Shown: positions 1 through 13,406, counted from the stretch's first letter. The stretch is 64,000 nt of DNA from the human T2T-CHM13v2.0 reference genome, Homo sapiens (GCF_009914755.1 NC_060947.1); one strand, 5' to 3'. Program-made: numbers and translations. Notes: generated from the sequence alone by a model not told the origin.

Positions 1-383
1 ACTAAAAAAACAAGTGTTACTTTAAAGCCTGACCGTAAGATTTCACTCCAGAGACAGCGCAATTTAAGCTAACCCCTAAGTAGGCATAATTGGCTATTAA
101 GCAAAAGTCTCTGGGAATAAAAGTCAAAATGGTTTGGGATAAGATGATAAGATAAATTACTCAGGATGTTTAAAGCTTCGGGGTGCCTACAAGCTGAGAG
201 GAAAAAGAAAGTCATCTAGAAATTCTTGAGAGAGGGCCCAGAAACATAGCAGGAGGCTAGAAGTGGGGTAAAGTGCTGGTTGGTGATGGCTCCTTGGTGC
301 CAAGTAGAGGATAGGAGTTTTAAGGATGAGGTGTTCTAATATTACATTTTAAGTTGTTTGCTCTACTGGTCTGTGATGTAACC

Positions 384-384
<1 letters not shown>

Positions 385-424
<40 letters not shown>
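385..424. repeat. (AC)~20 microsatellite
   Basis: Uninterrupted AC dinucleotide run seen directly. Confidence 0.97.
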
Positions 425-426
<2 letters not shown>

Positions 427-882
427 CCATTGCCTATAGCATTCAGTAAAATCTATTATAAACAGATCCTTGACTTGGGAGCACTTGGATGGGGAAGGGA
501 ACAGGACCACTGAATTCAGAAATGAGTAGTCATGAACAGGGATGAATAACAGAGGGAGGTCAAGGATTCAGCAGAGGCCTAAGCACCAGAAAGGAGGGAT
601 GCTGGGCTTCCAAAATTATGTGGGCATTTTCACTTCAACCATACGATGCAAGCTGAAAGATTAGCAGACTTCCTCATGTTGACACTAGGGTTGTTCATGC
701 AAATAGCATTGTTTCAGAACCAAATGTGTGGGAAAACTTTAAGAGTTCCACCCCACTGCACCAAAGGACTGAACCCTCTCTCCTTAGAGCTTAAAAGCAC
801 TTTTAGCATATTTAACTCCAACACTAAGGTGCATTATAAATATTTGTGTTTTATATGTGCTTATATGTGTATATGTGTACTA

Positions 883-883
<1 letters not shown>

Positions 884-914
<31 letters not shown>
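884..914. repeat. (TG)~15 microsatellite
   Basis: TG run seen directly. It explains the VCVCVC ORFs at 646-1031. Confidence 0.95.
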
Positions 915-915
<1 letters not shown>

Positions 916-929
916 CCATAGTTTTTTCC

Positions 930-1048
930 TTTCCTGGACTAGGATATAAATTTCCCAAGGCAGAGACCACTTCTTCATTCATTTATCTTTCACTAGAGAA
1001 TGTCATACAATGCCCTGAAGACACTCAATAAATGTTCGTTGAATGACT
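930..1048 (+). mobile_element. L2 LINE 3' end fragment
   Basis: Ends in CTCAATAAATGTTCGTTGAATGA, matching the L2 3' terminus (ctcaataaatatttgttgaatga). Confidence 0.7.
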
Positions 1049-1358
1049 TACAAAGCCAGCCTTGACCTGGCTCATCTTCATTTCACTCCACCTCATCCCT
1101 AAGGACGAGAAACTCTAGTCTCTTTCTAGCGGGTCATAGACAACACCACATAATCCAGGCTGAAACTGCCTTGCTGGAAGCTCCCTAATTCTCTGGACTT
1201 GGTTTAATCTCACCTGGTAACAACTTATAAAATAGCTCAAAAAGTCAAGGGTCTCTTGCTTATCAATGCTCCTTCATTCTTTCTCTGATTCATTTTAGCC
1301 CATCTCTTGCTGTTACCGTGCCTTTATTCCTTTTCCTTTGCAAGAATTTTTAACACTT

Positions 1359-1404
1359 TTCTGTTCCTTTTGTCCTCATTATTCTGTTCCTTTTGTCCTC
1401 ATTA
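1359..1404. repeat. Perfect 23-bp tandem duplication
   Basis: TTCTGTTCCTTTTGTCCTCATTA occurs twice, at 1359-1381 and 1382-1404. Confidence 0.95.
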
Positions 1405-1480
1405 TATCCTCTCTGCTGTTATTTAGTTTTATCGTACATAATTTGTAGTCCAATGCAAAAATCCATCCCCCAAATCAACA

Positions 1481-1865
1481 GTCATTCATTCATTCAATCA
1501 GTCATTTATGCTGTATTTCTTCAGCACCTACTATGAATGTGTTGATAAAAAGAATAAAAATATAAACCTGGTCCCTGCTCTCATGGAATTTACAATATCA
1601 TGAGGGATCTAAACATTAACTAATTAAATACACAAATCTGTGTATAATTGCAAACTGAACAAGAAGAAAGCAAAATTATTTTGTGGAGCTGACCTAGACC
1701 AGGGAATTCCCAGCAGTGGGAAGACTGTACTTAGGCCCTGCAGCAGGCAGGAGAAAGGAATGACTAAGGAACTGAACGGTTAATGTGGTGTGAACCCATA
1801 GAGCAAAACAACAAGGAAATATGGGCCAGATGTCGCTGAGTCTTACCATCATGCTAAGGATTAAT
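1481..1865 (-). mobile_element. L2 LINE fragment
   Basis: CATTCATTCATTCAA...CAGCACCTACTATG...GTCCCTGCTCTCATGGAATTTACA is the reverse complement of the L2 3' end. Confidence 0.7.
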
Positions 1866-2277
1866 ATAAATGAGAAAGCTCAAATGCACTACAAAAGTAG
1901 TACAACTGCAACACTCATACAATTACTGAATGGCACTGCTTGCTTCAGAAGGAAGAGTTACTAGACAGTAGAAATTCATCTCTGCATTTTTTTCTATGTA
2001 ATTATGACAGATTTGCTTTCTTCCTTGTGTGAAAAAAGATTCTAGACAATTATTGGCTAACTTGCTCTGAAAGTACTCTGTTTTATTCTGGTATGTTTGA
2101 AATGCTCAGTAGGAAGAAAGCTTAAAACCCACTTACCACTTTTTAAGATTCAAATTGGCCTAGCATACTGTAAGATTATGGGCCCTAGCAAAATAGAGAC
2201 TCCATACTGATTTCCTATTGATGAAGGAAGGGAAAGAAAATTAAACAAATTATTAACATCTTTACTAAGATAGTTTC

Positions 2278-2624
2278 TGTTTTCGTCCATTCAGGTTGTT
2301 ATAACAATATACCTTAGACTGGGTAATTTATAAACAACAGAAATTTATTGTTCACAGTTCTGGAGGCTGAGAAGTTCAAGATCAAGGTGCCAGCAGATTC
2401 AGTATCTGGTGGAGGCCTGTTCCTCCTAAAGGGCACCTTACAGAGGCAAATGGGCTCCCTCTAGCCTCTCTTATAAGGGCACTAATCCCATCCATAAGGG
2501 CAGAGCCCTGATGACCTGATCACCTCCCAAAGGCCCCACCTCCTAATACTATCACATCGGGTATTAGATTCCAACATTTGAATTTGCAGGGGGTGGGGGG
2601 AACATTAACATTCAGACAATAGCA
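2278..2624 (-). mobile_element. ERVL-MaLR solo LTR (MLT1A/MSTD-like)
   Basis: TG...CA termini, MaLR motifs (AATTTATAAACAACAGAAATTTATTG, CACAGTTCTGGAGGCTG) and a 5-bp TSD GTTTC at 2273-2277 and 2625-2629. Confidence 0.9.
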
Positions 2625-3021
2625 GTTTCTTTTGCTGATTGAAAGGTAATTATAACAAGATGAAATATGAACATTTTATATACATAGCATGACTTTGGTA
2701 TGGTTTAGTGAAAACTCTAAGTGGGAGAGGAACAAATCCACATTCCCTGGTGACTTGGTCTGGACTAGGGAGGATCAATCTTTGTAATGTCACCCTTTTA
2801 CCTATAAAGACGTGTCAGGAAGGAAATCTTAGCTAAAAATTCTTGATCATGTTTAAAATTTTTTTAATTTCACAGCTTCTACTGATTTTTTCTGCTGCTG
2901 GGGAGTCAACACTTGGTGTTGGAGGCTATTTTATTTATAGCAACACCTGGCTATGCAAAGTGTAACCCTAGAACCTACATGTGAGAAACAAAATTGTTCT
3001 GATTAATAAAGTAAAAGTCTG

Positions 3022-3361
3022 TGTACTAGTCTGTTCTCATGCTGCTAATAAAGACTTACCCAAGACTGGGTAATTTATAAAAGAAAGAGGCTTAATTGAC
3101 TCACAGTTCAGCATGGCTGGGGAGGCCTCAGGAAACTTATAATCATAGCGGCAAGAAGAAGAAAAATGAGAGCCGAGCGAAGGGGGAAGTCCCTTATAAA
3201 ACCATCAGATCCCATGAGAACTTACTATCATGAGAATAGCGTAAGGGAGACTGCCCCGATGATTCAGTTACCTCCCACTGGGTCCCTCCCACCACATGTG
3301 GGGATTATGGGAACTACAATTCAAGATGAGATTTGGGTGGGGACACAGTCAAACCATATCA
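3022..3361 (-). mobile_element. THE1 solo LTR (ERVL-MaLR)
   Basis: TGTACTAGTC...GGGGACACAGTCAAACCATATCA termini and a 5-bp TSD GTCTG at 3017-3021 and 3362-3366. Confidence 0.93.
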
Positions 3362-3750
3362 GTCTGTCACCATTGAGGGCAAGGAAAATCCTGTGGACTG
3401 TATTGACTCTGAGAAAATGTTTTTCTTTCTTAAAATGTATCTGAAGTATAATGTCTATGATATACTTTGTTTATCCTTGGGAAACATGTTTTGTTCAAGA
3501 GCAATACACAGGGGGCCATAAGTAAGTCTGTGGAAATGTATTTTTACCTCATCCTAGGGAAGAGTGTCAAATGAGTGCTAAAGTCCATCCATTCTGGACT
3601 GTTCTACTAAAGCCCTGTACCCTCCTCTAGTGTTATTTAAACTGAGAAGGTCAGACTTGGGGGAACTATTTTGGTTTAGCATATTTTTTCTATGGGCTAT
3701 CCAGGTGGGAAATAACAATGGATTGTAAAATTAAACCAAACCTTATGAAT

Positions 3751-3850
3751 TAAGAAAGGAGTTACCTTGGAATACGGGTGGTCGAGATTCATACAGTAAG
3801 TAAGAGAGGAGTTACCTTGGAATAGGGGTGTTTGAGATTCATACAGTAAG
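3751..3850. repeat. 50-bp tandem duplication (46/50 identical)
   Basis: Compared 3751-3800 with 3801-3850 by eye. Confidence 0.93.
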
Positions 3851-3990
3851 GAAAGGAAACTCTCTGAAGATGGAAGGAAAAGATTGAGATACTGGGCTGG
3901 GGACTGGGATGCCCAAATGGGATGCACAAATCTGCCATAAAGAGTTTAACATTTTGGTTTTCAGTGGACTCTCAGAAGAGTCGTATTAAC

Positions 3991-4431
3991 TGTCAAAAAA
4001 CAAAATTTCAACAAATTGAGTTTAATGGTCTAATTGGTTTTTATTAGTGATTCATGAATCAGGCAGTATCTCATCTATGAAAGAAAAGGGTGTTTCACCA
4101 GGCATGGCAGAACAGTTTGTTTTTGTAAGGTAGCTTGAGCTAGAACAAGGAAACAGCACAGTGAAAAAAAGCAGACTGGCCATTTCAAAGTTACTTTCTT
4201 TAGAGGGTTAAAGCAGAGGGGACTTCCTTATCATGCCAGCTCAGATTGACTGGGACCCTTATGATTGCTTGCTATGAATCTCCAATTTTTTTGGAAAACT
4301 GGACCATTTCTAAGTTCAGATTGATAATATAGCACCTAGCACAGTGACTCCATGTTTGTTTGGTCTAGTCTTTTGGAGCCTAGTGCAAGAGCCCAATCCA
4401 AAACAATGGCCTCCCATAAATTTTACGTAAT
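3991..4431 (-). mobile_element. ERV1 LTR (MER31/MER67-like)
   Basis: The reverse complement begins with AAAATTTATGGGAGGCCATTGTTTTGGA...TGCACTAGG, typical of the MER31/MER67 group. The subfamily is uncertain. Confidence 0.65.
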
Positions 4432-4845
4432 GTGACCATGGTTTCAAGTCCTCTACCTCCAAAGTTGTAAATCCATCTTATTATCCTAAAACATTCAACA
4501 GCCAATAATACAAGACATAAGAAGAATGACAAGCTTCTCTGTATCATCAGTCCTTGGAACCCAGTGTGGCATTAAGCATTGTGTCTAGAGAGAATGGTAG
4601 TACCGGGGTTCCAGTTGGTGGTCAATGCAGACCAAACAGAAGCCTAAAGTGTGGCTAGAAGTCCATGCTGCCATGGAGATCCTGGCCTGCCCCAGAGTGA
4701 ACAAGGGATAAATCCTGTCTTTTTTCTAAGTTCACTGGAAAAAGGTGACCTTTAGAAGCTAGGCAGATATTTGCATTTCCAGTAACTCTAGACAACACAT
4801 CTTATCCACCTACTTTCTTTTCTGCCATTCACTAGTCATGAGATT

Positions 4846-4966
4846 TTATACACACACACACAGAGATATATATATGTATACACATATACACAGACACACA
4901 ATATACAAACACACACATATAGCCACACAAATAGACACACACACACATGCACACACTCTCTCTCTT
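4846..4966. repeat. Degenerate (CA)/(TA)/(CT) low-complexity tract
   Basis: Seen directly. Confidence 0.85.
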
Positions 4967-5132
4967 TCTTTTTGATGTGGGAAAAGTTGTAGAGTGTTTG
5001 AAGACAGTATTCATGTTCTCCCGTGTTCTTCTCATCTCCAGCTTCTCTAAATAGATAAAGGTCTATTTAAGGGGGCTGCAATCAAGAGTAGTGGGCTTAA
5101 GCTTCAAGGAGTGATAAAGGTTGTTACTTAGG

Positions 5133-5434
5133 GGCCAGGCACAGTGGCTCACGCCTGTAATTCCAGCACTTTGGGAGGCCGAGGTGGGTGAATTGCTTGA
5201 GCCCAGGAATTCGAGACCAGCCTTGGTAACATGGTAAAACCCCGTTTCTACAAAAAATACAAAAATTAGCCAGGCATGTTGGCACATGACTGTAGTCTCA
5301 GCTACTCAGGAGGCTGAGGAGGAAGGATTGATTGAGCCTGGGAGGTTGAGACTACAGTGAGCCGTGATCATGCTATTGCACTCCAGCCTGGGTGACAGAG
5401 CAAGACCCTGTCTCAAAAAAAGAAAAAAAAAAAA
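5133..5434 (+). mobile_element. Alu (AluJ-type), full length
   Basis: Dimeric Alu with A-tail. J-type motifs TTGCTTGAGCCCAGGA and GAGCCGTGATC. Degraded TSD. Confidence 0.95.
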
Positions 5435-6529
5435 GAGTTGTCATTTAGGAATTACTCACAGGGCCATCTTCACAGATGAACACGTAGTGTGATTTGAGGT
5501 TAATTCACAAAGTCCTCCAAGTGCCCAGATATCTTTCTCCCAGGCTCTTTCTTGGTTCCTAAACCTCCAGTTACTTATCCTTTGCAGTCTCACTTGCCCC
5601 TGGGCCCTATCGCCTGCAAGTTTAATCTTGCATGATTCTTGAGCCATAGTAATCAAGGCTGTTAAAGCCTGAGTTTGGTCCTGTGGGTGTGCCCAGGGTA
5701 AACTCTGCTATGGTTTTTATGTTCATTAAGCTATAGCCATTCTCCAACACCAGTTGTGTCAGATCAGTCCGGCTGCAATGTTCTGGGTTTTGTTTTCCTA
5801 ATTGACCCTCCAGTTTTCTCTACCGGAAATAAAGTTCATCTCTAAACCCCAGTAAGCCAGGGTCTTTATTCCTGTCCTACACCACTTAACACTGACAGTG
5901 ATGGAGTCTCCTGAACAACCATGACCCTGCCCTGTCTACACTCCCATTTGAATGGAGATATTTGTCTTGCTCTGCCCTACACCCTGAACAGGATAGCCAA
6001 TAATTTTACCAAAAGTCTGAAAAAAGTCCGGGTTTGATTCACCCTGGCGAAGTATATTTTGGACTACTGACTATCCACTTTGAGGACCAGCTCTTCAGCC
6101 CTATCGATTCATGTAATTCTAGCCTTAAGCCCTTCCAGTTTCTTTCTCTTCCCCTGGGCCTGTGATACTTCTCTCTGAACATCGTATTCAGCCAAACCTT
6201 CTGAAATATGGTCATGGGACTCATGAAAATGCAACTCAGAGAGGTATAACCAATTGGAATTTTCATTCCCCAAGAAACAAGGTAGGAAATTTGAATCCCC
6301 AGAATAAACAAAAAGGAACTTACTAGAGCAATTTTATTTGAACCATTGGTGAAAAATTAAAGGTATTTAAGTGATAAGCAATCAAAAACATAAGTTATTG
6401 GTAAAATGCAAATGTTGCACATATTTTCAAAATAAAAGCAATTTATTGCTGTGAGAAACCATTTCTGGTAGTCTCTAGCCTTCCAGACATATACCTCATG
6501 CCCCTCAGCTGTTAGATCTGCTTGGAATC

Positions 6530-7085
6530 TGTATTAGTTTTCTATTGCTATATAACAAATGACCACAAACTGGGCAATTTACAACAACGTACATTTGTTA
6601 TCTTGTAGTTTCTGTGGGTAAGGAGTCCAGGCATGGCTTAGCTGGATCCTCTACAAGAATGCAATCAAGGTGTCAGCTGGGCCTGGGTTCTCATCTGAAG
6701 GTTCAACTGGAGATGGATCTGTTTCCAAGCTCACATCATTGTCAGCAGCATTCAGTTCCTGGTGGATTGCTGGACTGAGGGCCTCAGTTTCTTGCAGACT
6801 CTCAGCTCCTCACTGTGTGGTCCTCTCCACATGACAGCATACAAAATGGCAGCTTGCTTCTTCAAAGCCAGCAAGGGAGAGAGAGTCTTCTAGCAAAACA
6901 CATTAAAATCTTGCTTATGTAACATAATCACATATGTGAAATCACATACATCTGTCACGCTTGCTGTATTCTATTGCTTAGAAACAAGACATGTCCTGCC
7001 AATGCTCAAGGGGAGGGGAATGTACAAGGGTGTGAATCCCAGGAGGTAGAAATCATGAGGGCCACCCTAGAATCTGTCTGCCATA
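6530..7085 (-). mobile_element. MLT1 (MLT1E-like) solo LTR
   Basis: Starts TGTATTAGTTTTCTATTGCT...ACCACAAACT and contains GGCATGGCTTAGCTGG and GGACTGAGGGCCTCAGTTTC. Confidence 0.8.
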
Positions 7086-7273
7086 GGTAGTAAAGTTTGA
7101 GAAGCAAAGTCTTAAGCCATTACTGGCCATTAACATCTCAGCTGTAATAACTTACCAATCAAGAAACAGCAGAACTAAAGACCATTCCCTGGTATGGATC
7201 AGGAGACAATCTATTCACAGGGGAAGTTAACACTATGCCAGCTCAAATAATAATTGTGTGTGTCTGAATTCTC

Positions 7274-7421
7274 TTTTTTTTTTTTTTTCTCTGAGACAGG
7301 GTCTTGCTTCATCACCCAGGCTGGAGTGCAGTAGTAAGACCATATAGCTCACTGCAGCCTCAAACTCCTGGGTTCAAGTGATCCTCTCACCTTGGCCTCC
7401 CAAAACACTGGGATTGTGGGC
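7274..7421 (-). mobile_element. Alu monomer (FRAM/FAM-like or internally deleted AluJ)
   Basis: Poly-T followed by GAGACAGGGTCT...GCTCACTGCAGCCTC...GGGATT. Only one monomer long. Confidence 0.85.
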
Positions 7422-7689
7422 CTAAATTCTTTTTATTTCAAAAATAAAAGCACTGGAAAATAAAGCCCTTGGAAATACAAAAATGAGGGAAGGACAGAAG
7501 CTATAGGAGGTGTCCAGAATTGGTTGGAAAAATGAATAAGAAAACAGTAGGGAAAAACAGACTCATCTCCTCTCTAAAAGTATAAGCATCCTGCCCCATC
7601 TCTGACCTTACTGATTACAAGACCCAATTCATTTTCCTTGCTAGATTGTATCTCACTTCTAAGATCTGATGGTATCGCTCATCCATGAG

Positions 7690-8270
<581 letters not shown>

Positions 8271-8402
8271 TGAACAGGTATTGATTGGGGGCCTGTTAAG
8301 TGTATATTTAGACCATCTCTTTCACCAACCAAATTAGTCTAGAGCCACTCACAGATTTCATCATGTGTTCGTATATTTGACAATGCCATTGTGATAGCCT
8401 TA

Positions 8403-8762
<360 letters not shown>

Positions 8763-9074
8763 TTACAAAGTTCTATATTGATCAACAATTACTGTAATTA
8801 ATTGAAACAGAATTTAATAGCAGTGGTTCAGCCAATTTATTTTCTCCTTCTTCAAAAATAAGGAGGAAGACTCTCAGTCCCTCATCTTTCATTAGGAGTG
8901 TAGTCAGCCTCTAGAAAGCCTGGCCTGTAATGTAAAATCACCCACATCCACAGTGGTAGTCACCTTTTCTGCATTCCGACCATGAAATTCAGCCTCATGT
9001 TTATCCTTCATTTTCTGTCTCCTTTAGAATTTTTTTTATTTTTAAAGCTAGAGTCATGATAATGGTTCCAGTAC

Positions 9075-9374
<300 letters not shown>

Positions 9375-9594
9375 CAGTGCCAGTATTTAAAAGCATTTAG
9401 TCATAGTAACCTCTAGGGCCCAAAGAAAGCTATGAGATCTCATGCTTGTTACTCAGTTTGGGGATATATATAACTCCTGACATAGCACCCCCCTGCTCAA
9501 TCTGGTAGCTCTCAAATTCTATTCACAGCTATATTTTTGTCTTTGCTTTACAAAATCCCTCACCTATTGCACTTCTGCAAAGATTGGTTTAAAG

Positions 9595-9757
9595 CAGTGT
9601 TTTTCAAACTTTAATACACACACCATCCTCTGTGGATCTCAGTGGAATCAGATTCTGATTTAATAGGTCTGAGGTGGGGCCCAAGGGTTGCATTTCTGAC
9701 AAGCTCTCAAGTAATGCCCATGCTGCAGATCAAGGGACCACACTTTGAGTAGAAAGG
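9595..9757. mobile_element. MER5-family hAT-Charlie MITE
   Basis: CAGTGTTTTTCAAACT...GATTCTGATTTAATAGGTCTG...GGACCACACTTTGAGTAG with an 8-bp TSD GTTTAAAG/ATTTAAAG. Confidence 0.85.
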
Positions 9758-10118
9758 ATTTAAAGGACAGATGCCAAGCCCAGTTACAAAATCAAACTCA
9801 GATGAGCCTCTTGAAAGATTCCAAACCAATCTCAACTGTGAAGCCTGCTCTCAATGCTGAAATTCATCCCTGACTGCCCTGTGAGAACCACCTGTCATGG
9901 CATCACCTGAACAGAGGAGTCCTGTGGGTGATGGATTCCAAGAAAAAGTATTGGTCTCATCTATAATCAGCCTTTGAAAAGCAAAAGCTGTTGTTAAGCC
10001 AAAGAGGATCCTACCTTATATTCCTGGTTGCGAGTGTTGGGTTTTGGAGGAGGTTGAGTTTTGGAGAGGGCCTGGTGTCCACTGGAGAATCATCTGCAAA
10101 ATTGCTTGGTGTGTGGGG

Positions 10119-10155
10119 AAAACAAACAAACAAACAAACAAACAAAAACAAAAAA
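10119..10155. repeat. (CAAA)n tetranucleotide repeat
   Basis: Seen directly. Confidence 0.9.
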
Positions 10156-10650
10156 CCCTTTATACATCTGGGATCCCAGAAGTGTTTTTCTGTTTGTGCT
10201 CAGAAGAGAAAGCGCATCCCACTCTCCTACTCTGATTTCGAGACTGTTTCCTGAGGGTGGCATATGTTTTCTCACCTTCTGCCAAGCACAGAAAATGACC
10301 ACAAATGGGCCCGGAGATGGCTTTGAGCTTTGATCTTTCGGAGCTCATATTAAGTAGTTGAAAAATATGCCCCATGAATCAATCAATGGGTCCAAAAGAT
10401 TTGAAGCTAATTCCTCAAAATGGGAACGAGATGATGACTAGGGCACAAATATGCTTGAAGTAGCTCATTTCAGTAAGCCTTGAGAATAAAGGGGCATCCC
10501 ACAGTGCTTTGAGGTCACTGTGTCACAGCCTGGTTGCAATCAGAATCACTGGGAACTGTAAAAACACTGAGCTTGAGTCTCATGTCAGCTGTCTGGGGTG
10601 AGTACAGAGAGTTCTAATGTGCAGCCAAGGCCGAGAAACACTTCTAGATG

Positions 10651-10833
10651 AGTGGTTCTCAAAATTGAGCAGGCATCTAAATCACCTAGAAGTCTTTAGA
10701 AAACAGAATTTTAGGTCCTACCTGCAGAATTCCTAATTCAGTAGGTTTGGGATAAGCCTAAAAATTTGCATTTCGAATAAGTAAACAGGTGAAGGTGATG
10801 CGGCTGGGCTTATACCAGACTATAGAACCATTG
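10651..10833. mobile_element. MER5A MITE
   Basis: AGTGGTTCTCAAA...TTCAGTAGGT...ATTTGCATTTC...AGAACCATTG. Confidence 0.8.
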
Positions 10834-10841
10834 TTCTCCAT

Positions 10842-10980
10842 CAGGGATCAGCCAATTATGGCCCTGGGTCAAATTCAGCCCTCCACCTGTTTTGGTATAA
10901 TAAATAAAGCTTTATTGAACACAGCTGAGCCCATCATTTACATAATGCCTATGGCAGAATTGAGTTCTTGCAACAACCTA
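10842..10980 (+). mobile_element. MER58-family MITE fragment
   Basis: CAGGGATCAGCC...AAATAAAGCTTTATTGAACACAGC. Confidence 0.7.
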
Positions 10981-10995
10981 TAAAATGTTTTAGAC

Positions 10996-12141
10996 TTTAG
11001 CTGGTGCATCACCATCAGGTAGAGGGGTTGTAAAAACACAGATTGCTGTGCCTCACCCAGGGTTCCTGGTTCAGTAGGTGTGGGGCAGGGCCTGAGAATT
11101 TGCAGTTCTAACAAGTTCCCAGATATAGTGATGCAATGACAACCAAAGTGATTTTCCTACTCTCTACTCTCACACAGCTACTCAACACTTCTATAACCCC
11201 ATGTGTAAAGGGTTTTTTTTCCTACACACCAAGCAATTCTGCAGATAATTCTCCTTAATTGAATTAAAGGACACAAGCTGGGTGACCTTTATTTAATTCA
11301 ATTCAATTCCAACACTATCTACCTGGAGACAGCGTCAGATCCCACAGGTTGAGGGCTCAGTTCCACAAGACTGCCCCCACTTAAGACGCCATTCGCAAGT
11401 TTAGGTTATAGCCTGTGCTTCTGACTGACCAGGGTCCCCATAACCCCCTCCTTGGGTTCAATTAATTTGCTATAGTGGCTCACAGAGCCCAGGGAAACAC
11501 TTTTACTTACATTTACCCATTTATTATAAAGAATGTTACAACGGATCCAGATGAACAGCCATATGGAAGAGAAGCATAAGGCGAGGTATGGGGAAGGGGC
11601 GTGGAGCTTCCATGCCCTCTGCGGGTGCACCACCCTCTACGAACCCCCATGTGTTCAGCAATCCAGGCCACCTGAACCCTGTCCTCTTGGGTACTTATGA
11701 AGGTCTCATTACATAGGCATAATTGTTTACATCATTGGCCATTGGTGATCAACGTAAAGTTCAGTCCGTTTCCTCTCCCCAGAGGCCAGGGGGGTGGCCC
11801 TGAAAGTTCCTTCCCTCTAATCACATGATTGGTTCCCCTGGCAACCAGCCCTCAACCTGAGGCAGTACAGGAGGCCACCAAGAGTCTCCTCATTAGAGCA
11901 AAGGATGCTCCCATCACCCAGGAAATTCCAAGGGATTTAGGAGCTCTGTGTCAGGAACCTGCGTCAAAGATCAAATATTGGAACAAAAGATCCTCCCAGC
12001 ACTCCAATTGTTCAGACAATTACAAGGGTTTAGAAGCTCTGTGTCAAGGACTGGGGGCAGAGACCAATATGTGTATTTCGTGTTATTTCACGGCAGGTGA
12101 TACTGATGCTGCTGGGCCAGGAACCACACTTTGAGAACCAT
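10996..12141. mobile_element. MER5A split by a MER21 LTR (MER5A halves about 10996-11122 and 12093-12141)
   Basis: The left half ends TCTAACAAGTTCCCAG. The right half resumes CAGGTGATACTGATGCTGCTGG...CACACTTTGAGAACCA, contiguous in the MER5A consensus. Confidence 0.85.
11123..12092 (-). mobile_element. MER21-family solo LTR
   Basis: Contains AGATCCCACAGGTTGAGGGCTCAG, CCCTCCTTGGGTTCAATTAATTTGC and AGGGATTTAGGAGCTCTGTGTCAGGAACC, typical of MER21. Confidence 0.85.
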
Positions 12142-12152
12142 TTAGTTGGTTC

Positions 12153-13001
12153 TTTTTAATATAAATATAATTTCAACTTTTATTTTAGATTCAGGGATTA
12201 CATGGGCAGGTTTGTTACATGGTGATATAGTTTGGCTCTGTGTCCCCAGCCAAATATCATGTCAAATTGGAACTTTCAATGTTGGAGGAGGAGCCTGGTG
12301 GGAGGTGATTGGATCATGGGGGTGGATTTTCCCCTTGCTGTTCTCGTGATAGTGAGTGAGTCCTCACGAGATCTGGTTGTTTAAATATGTGTAGCACTTA
12401 CCCCTTTGCTCTCTTACTCCTGCTCCAGACATGTAGAACGTGCCTGCTTCCCCTTCTGCCATGACTGTAAGTTTCCTGAGGTCTCCCGAGCCATGCTTCC
12501 TGTACAGCCTGTGGAACTGTGAGTCAATTAAACCTCTTTTTGTATAAATTACCTAGACTCAGGCAGTTCTTTATAGTAATGCGAGAACGGACTAATACAC
12601 ATGAGTATATTGAATGATGCTGAGGTTTAGGGTACAAACGATCCTGTCACCAAGGTAGTGAGCCTAGTACCCAGTAGTCTTTCAGCCCTTACCCTCTTCC
12701 CTCTCTCCCGCTCTTGCAGTCCCCAGTGTCTGTTGTTTTCATCTTTATGTCCATGAGTACCCAATGTTTAGCTCCCAATTCTAAGTGAGATCATGCAGTA
12801 TTTGGTTTTCTGTTCTTGTATTAATTCACTTAGGATAATGGCCTCCAGCTGCATCCATGTTGCTGCAAAGGATATGATCTCATTCTTTTTTAATGGCTGC
12901 CTAGTGTTCCATGGTGTGTATGTACCACGTTTTCTTTTTCCAATCCACCATTGATGAGCACCTGGGTTGATTCTATGTCTCTGCCATTATGAATAGTGCT
13001 G
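12153..13001 (-). mobile_element. L1 3' end (L1PA15/16 or L1PB-like), interrupted by MSTA
   Basis: Antisense L1 3' UTR (TTTATTTTAGATTCAGGG...GGTTTGTTACATG; ATGCTGAGGTTT...; GGATAATGGCCTCCAGCTGCATCCATG). Confidence 0.9.
12223..12599 (+). mobile_element. MSTA solo LTR nested in L1
   Basis: TGATATAGTTTGGCTCTGTGTCCCC...GAGAACGGACTAATACA with TSD CATGG/CATGA. Confidence 0.92.
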
Positions 13002-13406
13002 GAGAGCTACTGAGTTTAAGTATTTGGCATTCTGTAAAAGTGGGCTTTCTGATGAGCTCTGAGTGACTAAGGAGAGGAGTGTGAAGGGGTATGTGGTGGG
13101 TCCAATGAAGACCAGTTCTGTCCTTCTGTTGAGTGGGATACTTTTTCATAAATTTTTGTGCAAGTGAGTGAGAGCAAAAAAGAAAGGCCGAGACGTTACT
13201 TTGCAATTTGAATCAGTGCCTGTAGGCACTAGACTGAAAGTCAGAATATGAGAAACAGAAGACAAGTTATTATCTTCTTCTCAGGGAAGCTGTAATTAAT
13301 GGTGACTTGACTTTATCCAGAAGCTCAGGCTGGCTTGAACAGCTGTTTTACATATAAAAACGGCTTGCAATGCAGGAGAAGTTAGGGCAATGAGAAATCA
13401 AAGTCA

